Part shown: positions 9,386-20,177 of the stretch, piece by piece | Layout of the letters: every line of letters begins with the position of its first letter | Position numbering within the stretch: position 1 is the first letter of the stretch | The notes under the pieces: model-generated | Told to the model about the DNA's origin: nothing | The model's database searches: none | What the model saw: only the letters and a program-made list of their open reading frames with translations | Origin: Nitrospirales bacterium | GTDB lineage: Bacteria > Nitrospirota > Nitrospiria > Nitrospirales > UBA8639 | NCBI GenBank assembly: GCA_963422365.1 | Contig: OY729426.1 | Location: 352,001 to 416,000, forward strand | Reading direction: 5' to 3' | Length of the DNA stretch: 64,000 nucleotides | Program-made: the position numbers and the translations under genes

Positions 9386-10372
9386 TCAGCCGAAATAAAA
9401 GGGGACAGGGGAGAAGCTGACGATAAAAATGGCAAAGGCACCCCATCCTACCCATATGCGACCGCGACCCAATTCTGCTCCCTGATCGATCACCGGCGGA
9501 TGGCTGATACCGACCAAGCCGGCCAGAACCGCCCACACAATCCAACCCGGCCAACCCCAAAGACCCAATACCAACAAGATGGGAATCATCGTGAACGCCA
9601 AGGCCCGTTGACGGGGTCCGAACAGCGCATAGGTCACATGCCCACCATCAAGTTGTCCGATCGGAATTAAATTCAACGCGGTAATGAAGAAGCCGAACCA
9701 CGCCGCAAAGGCAATGGGATGCAACACGATGTCATACGTGTCTGGAACCGGTCCGAACATGATCCACGCGAAAAATTGAAGCAACAACGGCTCCCCCAAT
9801 TGCAACCCATAGAGGCCCATCCCGGGTTCGACTCTTGAATACGACAACCCAACGATCAAGGCCGGCACCGCCACGATAAATCCCGCAATCGGGCCGGCGA
9901 CGCCGATGTCGAACAAGGCACGGCGATTCATAATGGGTGAGCGCATTCGAATGACGGCGCCGAAGGTCCCGATAAATTGAGGAGGACCCGGAATAAAAAG
10001 CGGAAGAGACGCCGGGACTCGATGAACACGCGACAAATAAAAATGTCCGAATTCGTGAGTGACGAGGATGCCCAACAATGTGGCGGCAAAGGGCCAACCC
10101 TTCAGCAAACTGCCGGGATAGCGAACAAGGAGATCCCATGCGCCCGACACGGGTTCGGTATTGACTTGATACGCTCCCGCCCAAAGCGTGGTGAAGACGG
10201 TCACCACAAACAAGCCGAGCGGGAGGTACAGGACCGACACCACACTTTCGGATGTGGACACGGAATATTCCCACTTCGGCGACCATTCATCAGGATCTTG
10301 AGGCCTCTCTTCTTTCGAGGGACCATCGGGAAACCCCTTGTTCTGTTCAGGCGGAAATGGTTGTTGATCCAT
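9386..10372 (-). CDS. Site-2 protease (M50 family)
   Basis: HEFGH, AGP and NLIPIGQLDGGH motifs in a hydrophobic protein. Confidence 0.92.
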   Translation of the reverse strand: MDQQPFPPEQNKGFPDGPSKEERPQDPDEWSPKWEYSVSTSESVVSVLYLPLGLFVVTVFTTLWAGAYQVNTEPVSGAWDLLVRYPGSLLKGWPFAATLLGILVTHEFGHFYLSRVHRVPASLPLFIPGPPQFIGTFGAVIRMRSPIMNRRALFDIGVAGPIAGFIVAVPALIVGLSYSRVEPGMGLYGLQLGEPLLLQFFAWIMFGPVPDTYDIVLHPIAFAAWFGFFITALNLIPIGQLDGGHVTYALFGPRQRALAFTMIPILLVLGLWGWPGWIVWAVLAGLVGISHPPVIDQGAELGRGRIWVGWGAFAIFIVSFSPVPFYFG

Positions 10373-10410
10373 AAACGATGACGATTGGGGGGCGAAAAAT
10401 TATTGTGGCA

Positions 10411-11754
10411 TCATCCAAAGGGATTCATGACTCGTTCTTCTTTGACCGTCGTAGGGGGGCCGTGTCCTGGAAGCAACACCGTGTCAGGATCCAACTGCAA
10501 TACACGCTTTCGAACCGAAGCCAAATGATCCGCATACAGGGAAAGCGGATTGGAACGGCCCACAGACCCGGCAAACAGCGTATCGCCGACAAAACAGAGC
10601 CCCTGCCCCCGGGATTGAACCTTATAGCAGAATCCTCCGGGGGTATGACCGGGCGTGGCGATACACTCTACTCTCAGGCCTCCTACGGGAAGGACTTGGG
10701 AATCCCGGGGAACGACGACCAATTCTTGCGGAGGCTTCCAGGGCAACAGCGGGAAATCTCCCTGTCCAAGATACACCGGAACAGGCCACTCGAACACAAT
10801 ACGATCCAATCCACCGGCATGATCCATATGCCCATGCGTCAAGCACACGCCGACCAACGTCGAGTTTTTTTCTTCGAGCACCGACAACATGGCCTCCGCA
10901 TTGTACGCCGTATCGATCAAGACGGCCTGTTTGGTTTGAGGGTCGACTAAGACATACCCCTTCACCTCGTAGCCTCCAATGTCACCACGAACCGTCACCA
11001 CGAGAGCGGAGACCCACTCCGGAGAAGACTGTGGCATCCATCCCTGTACGGAAACTGCGGCAAGCGCCTCGCCTTTGAGAGCAAGGGCCTGGGCAATGGC
11101 ATGGATTTCGTTTTCCGAGGGTATTCGGGTCCCTTGTTCCAAGCGTTCCCACTCGTCTTTCTGAAGATAGGCGGTTTCTGCCACGCGAGCGATCGACTGT
11201 CCACCCCCCATTCGAGCCTTTTTCACGATGTCGCAAAATTCGTCTTCGAGTGCCATAGGGTGAGACAGAACAGCCTGCCACGCCTGGACCATCACAGGAT
11301 CAATATCAACTAAAATGACTGATTGCAGGGATTGAGGATAAAATTGGCGAATTTCTTCAATCATGCATTTCGCGGCTTCCTCCGGGACGACCCTGCCAAC
11401 CCCTGTGCCCATTCCGGGAATGGCGAGGGAGACAAAGCCTTTTTCATCGGCAAGACGGAGGGCAGCTCGTGTGGCCAATCTCACGTTCTGGGCAGGAATG
11501 CGCATAGCCGGTTCAGGCATGGTCGGCGCATGAATGATCCCCTCAAAGTGTGTACGCCCACCCGAAGTCAACACGGCATGTCCCACGGGTATCGGCGCTT
11601 GTCGACGCGCCTCATCTTCTACTTGTGACCCCGCAACGCGCCTGATGATTCCAGCCACCCCTCCTCCCATGAGGCCATGACTGTTAGCCGCATTCACGAT
11701 GGCCTGAGCCTCAACCTTGAGAAGGCTGCCTTGAAGAAGAACGATTTCTATCAT
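10411..11754 (-). CDS. Macro domain-XRE HTH-metallo-beta-lactamase fold fusion protein
   Basis: Macro: IVNAANS..GGGVAG, GMGTGVG. HTH: KKARMG..LEQGTRIP. MBL: THGHMDH, PGHTPG, GDTLF, PGHG. Confidence 0.85.
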   Translation of the reverse strand: MIEIVLLQGSLLKVEAQAIVNAANSHGLMGGGVAGIIRRVAGSQVEDEARRQAPIPVGHAVLTSGGRTHFEGIIHAPTMPEPAMRIPAQNVRLATRAALRLADEKGFVSLAIPGMGTGVGRVVPEEAAKCMIEEIRQFYPQSLQSVILVDIDPVMVQAWQAVLSHPMALEDEFCDIVKKARMGGGQSIARVAETAYLQKDEWERLEQGTRIPSENEIHAIAQALALKGEALAAVSVQGWMPQSSPEWVSALVVTVRGDIGGYEVKGYVLVDPQTKQAVLIDTAYNAEAMLSVLEEKNSTLVGVCLTHGHMDHAGGLDRIVFEWPVPVYLGQGDFPLLPWKPPQELVVVPRDSQVLPVGGLRVECIATPGHTPGGFCYKVQSRGQGLCFVGDTLFAGSVGRSNPLSLYADHLASVRKRVLQLDPDTVLLPGHGPPTTVKEERVMNPFG

Positions 11755-11975
11755 GTCAACTCGATAGCGAAAAAATGGCATCCCCGTGAGACATGGGGTC
11801 TCACGTTCCCGCGACTGATAGGTCCATCTCACCTGAATGATGGAATCCTACTACCCATGAAGCTCCGTCACAAGGGCTTCGAGACGCCGCACCCGTGACA
11901 GTATTGCCTCATCTCCTCTTGTCTAGTACTGTTAGGTGAAAATAGCGCCTATCATTTCACAAAAAGGATCCTTGC

Positions 11976-12863
11976 ATGCATATATCAGAAGTGTTTCGGC
12001 AACACCAGCCTGCGATCAGTTTTGAGTTTTTTCCCCCAAAAAGTGAGGCGGCATCGCAGGAATTGTTTCATACCATTCAAACGTTGATTCCCCTGAAACC
12101 TGCCTATGTCAGTGTCACCTATGGTGCGGGCGGGTCAACGCGTGAGTTGACCCATGACCTGGTCGTCAGGTTGCACCATGAGACAAACTTATCGATCGTG
12201 TCGCATCTCACCTGTGTGGGGTCAAGCCGGGAGGAAATTTTCCAGATTCTGCAACGATACGATGAACACAGCATCCAAAATATCATGGCCCTGCGAGGCG
12301 ACTCTCCCAAAGAGGAACCAGGGTATCGGTCCGAGCAGAACTTTCGCTATGCCGTGGAATTAGTCGCCTTTATCAAAAAATATTTTCCCCACATGGGGAT
12401 TGGAGTTGCCGGTTTTCCCGAAGGCCATCCTGATACGCCCAATCGGCTCAAAGAAATCGAGCATCTCAAAGCCAAAGTGGATGCCGGCGCTGATTACATC
12501 TGCACACAACTCTTTTTCGACAATCGCGATTTTCATGATTATTGTGAGCGGTGCGAACTGGCTGGGGTGCATATTCCCATCGTCGCAGGGATCATGCCCA
12601 TTTCCTCGCTCAAAAGCATGAAAAGGATGGGAGAACTCGCATTAGGAGCGCGCTTTCCCGGAAAGCTGCTGCGGGCATTAACGAACGCAACGGATGATTC
12701 CCAAGCGGAAAAAATCGGCATCAATTGGGCAACGGAACAAGTTCTAGACTTATTGGACCACAAGGTCCCCGGCGTGCATCTCTACACCTTGAACAAATCC
12801 AAAGCCTCGTTACAAATCTATGACGCGCTGGGCATCGAACGATTAGACATGCTGGTCCACTAA
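11976..12863 (+). CDS. metF: 5,10-methylenetetrahydrofolate reductase
   Basis: SFEFFPPK, SVTYGAGGST, HLTC, ALRGD, TQLFFD and HLYTLN motifs. Confidence 0.95.
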   Translation: MHISEVFRQHQPAISFEFFPPKSEAASQELFHTIQTLIPLKPAYVSVTYGAGGSTRELTHDLVVRLHHETNLSIVSHLTCVGSSREEIFQILQRYDEHSIQNIMALRGDSPKEEPGYRSEQNFRYAVELVAFIKKYFPHMGIGVAGFPEGHPDTPNRLKEIEHLKAKVDAGADYICTQLFFDNRDFHDYCERCELAGVHIPIVAGIMPISSLKSMKRMGELALGARFPGKLLRALTNATDDSQAEKIGINWATEQVLDLLDHKVPGVHLYTLNKSKASLQIYDALGIERLDMLVH

Positions 12864-13300
12864 GGGATTTCGGGAAGCAAGCAGCATCTTTTTCTCCATC
12901 CAGACCACCCGCCTCATGCGCTCAGGGCGTGACGTCCAACCGTCGGGGGAGAACCTGCCACGAGTCGGCCGCCTGATCAAGTACCGAGGCATCGACCACC
13001 GCTAGCTACGCCCACTTAGCCAACGGGCACCGCATCGACGGAGCGGAGCGAGTTGGAAAGATCAGTGCGGCAGGGATAAAGAATAACAGCCCGTCTATCC
13101 CCCGTCTGTATCATCACAGGCCAGCCAGATAAAGTTGTTTCAGAAACTTGGCATGTTGCATCAATCTTATTTCTCTTCTTCGACAACGGGGATAACTTGG
13201 TCGACAGGATCACCCGTCTTCACTCTTCTTTATCGAGAGCTACCCAAGTTTCCTCTTTCGTCTTTAATGTCTCATGTTCCGTTATGCCACTCAGGTGACA

Positions 13301-15079
13301 TCAATACCTGGGCTTGAAGGCGTGGAAGTTAAGCTCCGGCCGTTGCGTCGGATAATAATTGTACATCCAGTTCCGCAGACACGGCATAGTGCGCCTTGAT
13401 GCTTTCCCTGTACTCCTTCCGCAACGCCCCGAAGACAACGATCCGGTCCGGGGTACTTTCCCCGAGATAGAATGGCACGTCACTTGCTATGAGTTTCTCT
13501 CAAGGTAAGTGGGAATCCTGATCGAGCACGCAGCAGAACCGCACACGATGACCGACGTAAAACGTGAGGACCTCACGGCAAGCAAAACCCGGGACATAGA
13601 CCAGTTCGTCCTGTTCGGCATGTTGCAACACATAATCAGACGTCTCCCGTATGGAGTCACGATAAGTCCGGTGAATCTCTCGCACAAACTGGGAAAAATA
13701 TACGCCCAGCGTTCGTTCGCCTGTGAATAACGTGGTGATAGTGAACGGTGCTGTGCCCACGCTGGTAAATAGCAGGACGGCGACTGCCGCTACTCCGACG
13801 ATCTTCGGTTTGCGCCAAGCCCATTCTACAGACAACCCCTTCACCGTCAGCAACAACGGCAGTGCCGCCACGTAATAGCGCAGGTCGGCGATCGAATGCG
13901 CCTAGACCGGCTGTGTCGAGAGCAAGCACGAACAACGCACCCATGAGCACGATTTTGCCAACAGCAGCTACCGGCAGGTCGTCATCCGGCACCTCCTTTA
14001 AAAGGACCGTTTCTGTTCCGAACTTCTGACTCGTCTAGACGGAAGTTCCAGTTTCGGTTTAGACTGTTTAGTCAGTCGGGTCTTGCGTTGATGCCAAACC
14101 AAATACAGAGCCGCGGCAAACCAGAGGAACACCGGCCACGAGATCCAATCCGCAGTGAACAGCTCACGCTGTGTAGATCCAGATTCTCAGCAACCACAAG
14201 GGCGTTGTTCCTCGATATTCGCCGATGCCCGTAACGCCCATGAGAGAAATCCGCTGCGCTCTCCACCGATAACCCCACAAAGACGAGGGATGCCAAACCA
14301 AGCGTCCCTACGGTCAACCTATAAAGGGCAAAGGCCGTCCATTCCCGCCTCGTTGTCTCGTGGGTGCGAAACAGCAGATGCCACGCAGCACGCGAGAACA
14401 TGGTCACCGCGCCGCCAGCGTAGTGATTAAAGAAAGAGAGGGCTGAAACCAGCGTCACCGCAGCGAGATAAAATGGGGTTCTGGTTTGCCAGTAGCGTTC
14501 ATAGAGATAGAAACAGGGGATCAAGCCGAATACCATGAAGGCGTAGTAGCGGGACTGACGAAAATACAGCAGCAGTTGTGGTGACCATGCGGCGAACAGA
14601 AAGAGAAAGAACATCAAGTGCAGGGTCTTCACCAAATGTTGACGGAGAAGAAGATAGAGAAACGCCAACGACAGTATTCCGAACAGGGCGTGCATGATAC
14701 ATGCGCCGATCTCGTTGACACCGAACAGAGAAAATCCCATCGCATTCAGGAAAGACACCAACGGTGGCAAGACATCACGCCATGCTTCGTTTAGCTGTCC
14801 ATCCATTGGTGCCACCTACCAAGTTTCGTCCGTCCCAGCCCACGATGTCCCCACGTTCCAGCAGATTCTTGCCGATATGACTGTAGGCGCCTCGTCGTGC
14901 CATAAGGCGGCGTAGTCCAGATTCACCGGACAAAGGTAAGCGGACGACAAAAAGACCCCCATGAAGAGGGTCATGTATGGTTTGGCTCGCACGCCGTTGA
15001 GCAGTCTTTTCAAAAGGCGGGTGGGCACTGTTGATCTCCTCGCCAACAAAGGATGGATGCGAGAACATCCCGTTTGCAT
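13301..15079 (-). pseudogene. Fragmented ArnT/PMT-like GT-C glycosyltransferase
   Basis: Successive minus-strand fragments: LDYAALWHDEA (14816-15079), SPQLLLYFRQSRYY (14072-14815), membrane and C-terminal pieces (13301-13992). Multiple frameshifts. Confidence 0.7.
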
Positions 15080-15182
15080 TCCGGTCGTTGCAAAAGCGAT
15101 TCACCGGCAGTCAGCAGTCCTGATTTGCCGGTCATTCTTCTCCAGAGAAGCGAATCCCTGCGTTAGCCGGAGGAGAGGAGTC

Positions 15183-16189
15183 CTACGGGTCTATCCGGCG
15201 CATGATTTGTTCCACGCAGCCGACGATGACCGGATTGTAGTCCTGCCATTGACGGATCACCGGTGCGTCCGCGGTGCAGCGACATATGCGGATGTCGCCG
15301 AATTCCTTCGCCATCGCGTAACCAGCAATGGAGAGGTTCGGGTCCGCGGACACGATGTGGCTGACCGAGGCCGCAACCGTCTCCATGTCCTTGGCTATGC
15401 CGCACCCGGTCAACGCATCATAAAACGGTTAGTGCGATGCAGATAGTAGTAACCGGGGAGATTAAAATAAGAACGATCGATCTGCCACACCGCGGCGACC
15501 CCAGGCACGCGGGCGAGATAGCGGTAGGCAGCGACGATCGGGGCCTGCTGACGAGCGCAAGCGGCGCGTATTGTAGCCGTATGGCCGCCACGAAGACCGA
15601 GAGGAAAACCGCCAACCAGAGCACTCGGGGAGTATCCGACGTTGGCCGTACTGAAAGCCGCAAGCAAGATGCTGAACAAAGCTTGTGGCCACGAACTCGG
15701 TCATCGGCTTGTGGGCGAACCCTGTCAGCTCGTACCAAAACGCGCCGGTCAGCACCGCCACGCTTGCTGCGGCTTCGCTGAAGTGCCGTCGTGCAAAGCA
15801 ATACATCTCTGCCGGAATCCCCAGGGAGATTAGGCACAGCACCAGCTTGACGGCAGCGACGTACCACAACAGCTGGCCGAGGCCAAAAACCTCGAGCAGC
15901 TTCAATACCCCAGCGATGCCCCGGGTACTAGCCAGGATCGCACGCCGTAGAAATACTCCCAGTAGATGACGCCGCTGCCGAAGACCAGAGGGTGTGCTGG
16001 CTCCAGGTATTGCATGATCTCGTCAGGATGCAGGACGAAGTCACCGGACAAGGCCACGGCGGGTCGCGCAGCGAAAGGACCAGCGGCAAGTATTTCCAGA
16101 GCCGATCGCCGACCGCCTGCGAATGCAGCAAGGCGACGATCTGCTCGTGCAGGCGTTGCCTGCGTGGACTGGATGCTCGGCGTTGTCAT
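15183..16189 (-). pseudogene. Fragmented Alg9/PIG-B-like (GT22) mannosyltransferase
   Basis: HPDEIMQYLEPAHPLVFGSG..WEY..GVRSW is the N-terminal signature of this family. The rest is split over several frames. Confidence 0.7.
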
Positions 16190-16318
16190 CCGCGCCCGCG
16201 CTGGTGCAAACACTGTCGCCCGGACGTACGCTCACGCGACAACGAAACCAACGTTGGGACCGTTGCCCCGCGACGCATCCTTCCTATGTTCTTTCTCTTC
16301 GCCACGTCCGTACAAGCA

Positions 16319-16450
16319 CTATCGCCCTCGCTGGCGCAGGCTCTTGCGCACCTGTTGGAGGTTGGTTCGTGCCACTTCCAAGGTTGGCTCCAGGGACAGG
16401 GCATGCTCGATGCTCCGAATAGCTTTTCCATCACCGACGTCAGTTTCGTG
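16319..16450 (-). pseudogene. C-terminal remnant of a TPR protein
   Basis: DGKAIRSIEHALSLEPTLEVARTNLQQVRKSL matches a terminal TPR and capping helix. Confidence 0.45.
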
Positions 16451-16687
16451 TTCGTTCCGCTCATCCTTCGTGTTGTGGCCAAGCCATCCCCACCAGGCAA
16501 GCACCGCCCGCTTCGACGTCATCGCGGTCCCGCCAGTCGCGAGGTTCCTGTTCACGATCGTCGAATCGATGCATATCCTGTGACAGGGACTGAATCTCGG
16601 TGAATCATCGACCCGGACGTCACGCATCCTGCCATCATCGCCGTTCGAGTGGTACCATGTGCACAACAGATGGATTTCGCACCGCAC

Positions 16688-16802
16688 ACATGCTGTCTTT
16701 TGGGCGGACACTACACTTTTTCTATTTCTACCAAGAAATCTCGCAGCACCACGGTGCGATTCAACACGAGGCATTGGTTGGGGGAATCGGAATCAACGCA
16801 CA
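16688..16802 (-). repeat. Degenerate duplicate of the glnS 3' end and downstream sequence (direct repeat of 17501-17615)
   Basis: Encodes CVDSDSPNQCLVLNRTVVLRDFLVEIEKV*, against Gln[30 protein letters not shown]. Both share acatgctgtcttttg beyond the stop. Confidence 0.9.
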
Positions 16803-16869
16803 AGGACGAGGCCCACGGAAAGTCGGCAGGGCGCCCTGCACATAGGGTGTCCAGCACGTGAAAAGAAAA

Positions 16870-17307
16870 CTACAACTTGATGATCGTGGCCAGAACGCCG
16901 ATCGCGACGACCACGATGGCCCCAAGCCGGATGGTAAGAGTCTTACCCATCAATTCGAGATCATCCTTGGTGGTGAACCGCTTGAGTTCCTCTTTGGTGG
17001 CAAGCAAGTTCATCTCGCTCTGCAGCTGCTTGAAGTCGCTCTGCAGCTGCTTGAAGTCGCTCTGCAACTGCTTGAAGTCGCTCTGCAACTGCTTGAAGTC
17101 GCTCTGCAACTGCTTGAAGTCGCTCTGCAACTGCTTGAAGTCGCTCTGCAACTGCTTGAAGTCATCCTTGGTGGACACCTCGGCCAGCAGGTGGTGAGTG
17201 AGAAAGTCGGCTTGCGCCTGAGCCTGCGCGTCCGCTTGGACCAGCGGAACGCCAACTTCCTGCAGGCGCTTGGAAAACGCCAGGGTATCGAATGCAACTA
17301 TGGACAT
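16870..17307 (-). CDS. DUF1640/CCDC90-like coiled-coil protein with heptad VNTR
   Basis: MSIVAFDTLAFSKRL..GVP..QA, TKDD motifs, (DFKQLQS)x7, C-terminal TM segment LTIRLGAIVVVAIGVL. Confidence 0.85.
   Translation of the reverse strand: MSIVAFDTLAFSKRLQEVGVPLVQADAQAQAQADFLTHHLLAEVSTKDDFKQLQSDFKQLQSDFKQLQSDFKQLQSDFKQLQSDFKQLQSDFKQLQSEMNLLATKEELKRFTTKDDLELMGKTLTIRLGAIVVVAIGVLATIIKL
17015..17163. repeat. 21-bp tandem repeat, 7 copies
   Basis: tcgctctgca(g/a)ctgcttgaag x7; 2 copies have g and 5 have a. Confidence 0.97.
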
Positions 17308-17524
17308 GGGCACAACCATAGCAGAGCGGAGGCGAATAGACAACCGTCGCGTTTGGAGAGGGAGCCCCCGCAATTCGATCTAACAGAGAGACGATGACAG
17401 AACTCAGAATTTTCTGGAAGCGAGCGGCCTCTGCTCTCCATCCAGACTTCACTCCCCCCTGCGTTTGATATTTGCCGTCCAACCGTTCACACCACACGCA
17501 ACATGCTGTCTTTTGTTGGGGAGA

Positions 17525-19207
17525 CTACCCTTTTTCTATTTTCGACCAGGAATCTCTTAGCGCCACGGTGCGATTCAACACGAGGCGTTGGCTGGTGGAA
17601 TCGGAATCAACACAAAAATAACCTTGCCGTTCAAACTGAAACCGCTGGCCCGTGACAGCTCCCTGTAAAGCCGGTTCAACCCTACAACCGTGTAACCTGA
17701 TAAACGAATGCGGATTCAGAAAGCTACGGTAATCGGCCTTTTCATTGCCGGGATCCGGAACAGAAAACAGATGATCAAAGAGACGCACGTCCGCCTCGAC
17801 CGCGTGGGCCGCCGACACCCAATGGATGGTGCCCTTCACCTTTCGGGTGGATAAACCCGACCCGCTTTTCGTCTTCGGATCATAGGTGCAGTGAAGTTCG
17901 ACGATCTCTCCCGTGTGCTCATCTTTGATCACAGCCACGCATTGAATGATATAGGCGTAGCGCAAACGCACTTCTTGCCCGGGCGCGAGACGAAAGTATT
18001 TTTTCGGAGGATCTTCACGGAAATCGTCTTGCTCAATATAGAGGACCCGTGAAAACGGAACTGTGCGCATTCCCATCGTGGGATCTTCGGGATTGTTCAC
18101 CGCGTGGAGTTCTTCGACCGGCCCTTCCGGATAATTGGTGATGACCACCCGAAGCGGCCGCAGCACGGCCATGACTCGTTGCGCCCGCGCGTTCAAATTT
18201 TCCCTGACAAAGTGCTCCAACAGCTTCACTTCGACCACGCTATCGCGTTTCGCCACGCCGATATGCTCGCAAAAACGCCGGATTGCTTCCGGGGGATACC
18301 CGCGACGGCGCAAGCCCATGAGCGTCGGGAGGCGCGGATCATCCCATCCCAACACATACCCCGCCTCAACGAGTCCTCCTAGCTTCCGTTTACTCAGCAC
18401 CATATGCGTCAGATTCAAACGGGCAAATTCAATTTGTTGCGAATGGCAGGCGACGGCACACTCGGTAAGCACCCAATCATACAAGGGACGATGATCTTCA
18501 AACTCCAAGGTGCAGAGGGAATGCGTAATCCCTTCAAGGGCGTCGGACAACGGATGCGCGAAATCATACGTGGGATAGATGTTCCACGCGGTTCCCGTCC
18601 GGTGATGAGGGGCCCGGCAAATGCGGTAGAGCGTGGGATCGCGCATATTGATATTGGGAGACGCCATGTCGATTTTGGCCCGAAGCACGTGCGACCCTTC
18701 TTCACGTTCACCCGCGCGCATGCTTGAGAACAGTTGAAGATTGTCCTCGACCGATCGCGTGCGATACGGGCTCTCTCTTCCGGGTTCCGTCAAGGTCCCT
18801 CTGTAGGCGCGAATGTCGTCCGCAGTTAAACTATCCACATAGGCTTTTTCGTTCTTAATCAACAGTACCGCGTACTCGTACAACCGCTCAAAATAATCCG
18901 ACGCAAAAAAACACCGATCCTCCCAGTCGAAGCCCAGCCAACGAACGTCCTCCTGAATGGACTCGACGTATTCCACGTTTTCTTTGGTGGGATTGGTGTC
19001 ATCGAACCGTAAATTGCACAAGCCCCCGGAAAATTCTTGGGCAATGCCGAAATTCAAACAAATGGATTTGGCGTGGCCGATATGGAGATACCCATTGGGT
19101 TCCGGCGGGAATCGCGTATGCACGACGCGTCCGGATTTTTGCGTTTCCAGATCATGCGCCACCATTGCTCGAATAAAATCTGAAGATCCCTGAGGAGGTT
19201 GGGACAT
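17525..19207 (-). CDS. glnS: Glutamine--tRNA ligase
   Basis: [38 protein letters not shown] and FQFERQGYF motifs. Confidence 0.95.
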   Translation of the reverse strand: MSQPPQGSSDFIRAMVAHDLETQKSGRVVHTRFPPEPNGYLHIGHAKSICLNFGIAQEFSGGLCNLRFDDTNPTKENVEYVESIQEDVRWLGFDWEDRCFFASDYFERLYEYAVLLIKNEKAYVDSLTADDIRAYRGTLTEPGRESPYRTRSVEDNLQLFSSMRAGEREEGSHVLRAKIDMASPNINMRDPTLYRICRAPHHRTGTAWNIYPTYDFAHPLSDALEGITHSLCTLEFEDHRPLYDWVLTECAVACHSQQIEFARLNLTHMVLSKRKLGGLVEAGYVLGWDDPRLPTLMGLRRRGYPPEAIRRFCEHIGVAKRDSVVEVKLLEHFVRENLNARAQRVMAVLRPLRVVITNYPEGPVEELHAVNNPEDPTMGMRTVPFSRVLYIEQDDFREDPPKKYFRLAPGQEVRLRYAYIIQCVAVIKDEHTGEIVELHCTYDPKTKSGSGLSTRKVKGTIHWVSAAHAVEADVRLFDHLFSVPDPGNEKADYRSFLNPHSFIRLHGCRVEPALQGAVTGQRFQFERQGYFCVDSDSTSQRLVLNRTVALRDSWSKIEKG

Positions 19208-19424
19208 GCGCGAAATCCTTTATGTTTGGACGGCATAACAATGATGCCGCTGCACCTTGTTGCACGATGAAAATTTCGGTCGTCTAACTCCGCTCCCATT
19301 GACTGGATTGTCTTATCTTGTCATTCTTTCCTGTTTGTCGAGAAAAGAAGCAGATCATCAAGTTCTACCATGATCTAAAGAAAGAGGTGGCACGATCACC
19401 TTTGAGTTTTTGGAGTAAACGGCT

Positions 19425-20177
19425 TCATTCTCTCCTTGCGGGTTTTAGGGCTGCAGAATTAAATCGAACCAATGCAGCCCAGTCAATTTTTCCATCATCC
19501 TTACAATATCTATCCGCAAATTCCTTGGTGAATTTGTTGAGCATTTGTGAATAGGATTCTATAAAGGCATCGTTCTTCTCCTTGGCTTTGTGTCCAAGCG
19601 GATCAATGATTTTTGTGAATAGTTCACTGTCACCAGATATGAACTCCCAAAAACATTGGCCACAATACTTGAAATAATCTCCCTTGTCCGGACTGCTGTC
19701 CCTTCCGTAACAACAGCCGTTTACGGCAACGAGGCTCAAGCTTGAATTGCCGGTTCTCAACGTTTTTGCAGCAGTTTTGAAATCTGCCGACATTTTGGCT
19801 ATTTGTGAGCTATTACCCCAATGTGGCCCCGATTTAATTGCCACAATGTATCTTGTTTTGTCGTAATCAAATTCAAGATCAATACCCGCAATGCCAGATT
19901 TACGTCCATGATAAACTTTACCGTTGATGAAAATGGCAAGTCCTTCTAACCAATCACCAAAAATGGTTTCTTCATTCGACGAAATATGCGCGTCAGTCAG
20001 ACCCTTTACAATCCGTTCTGCAGTCAACACGAATTTTGCCTGGAAAAGAGATGGATTTTTTCGTCTGAGTACTTTCGATAACTTTAGTCCCTCAAGGCTC
20101 TGAATGCGTTTGCGATGAAAAATTACGATATTTTCTTCAACGTACCGTAGCACATCTTGCAGGTTTATCTTTTCCAT
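19425..20177 (-). CDS. Type II restriction endonuclease (EcoO109I/PmeII-like)
   Basis: RKNPxLF, SSNEETIFGDWLE, GIDLEF and IKSGPxWGNSSQ motifs; coupled to an MTase. Confidence 0.8.
   Translation of the reverse strand: MEKINLQDVLRYVEENIVIFHRKRIQSLEGLKLSKVLRRKNPSLFQAKFVLTAERIVKGLTDAHISSNEETIFGDWLEGLAIFINGKVYHGRKSGIAGIDLEFDYDKTRYIVAIKSGPHWGNSSQIAKMSADFKTAAKTLRTGNSSLSLVAVNGCCYGRDSSPDKGDYFKYCGQCFWEFISGDSELFTKIIDPLGHKAKEKNDAFIESYSQMLNKFTKEFADRYCKDDGKIDWAALVRFNSAALKPARRE

Noticed and set aside
11840..11975. SAM or SAH riboswitch upstream of metF
   Set aside because: No recognisable aptamer motifs in the short divergent intergenic region.
17015..17163. CRISPR array
   Set aside because: The units are contiguous with no spacers and lie in frame within a CDS; no cas genes.
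16858..17397. Plus-strand ORFs with (LQLLEVA)n or (LCNCLKS)n repeats
   Set aside because: They are shadow frames of the 21-bp repeat; the minus-strand frame has the DUF1640 motifs and TM anchor.
16688..17615. glnS 3' duplicate as a DGR template/variable repeat pair
   Set aside because: Mismatches are not adenine-specific in either copy, and no reverse transcriptase is in the window.
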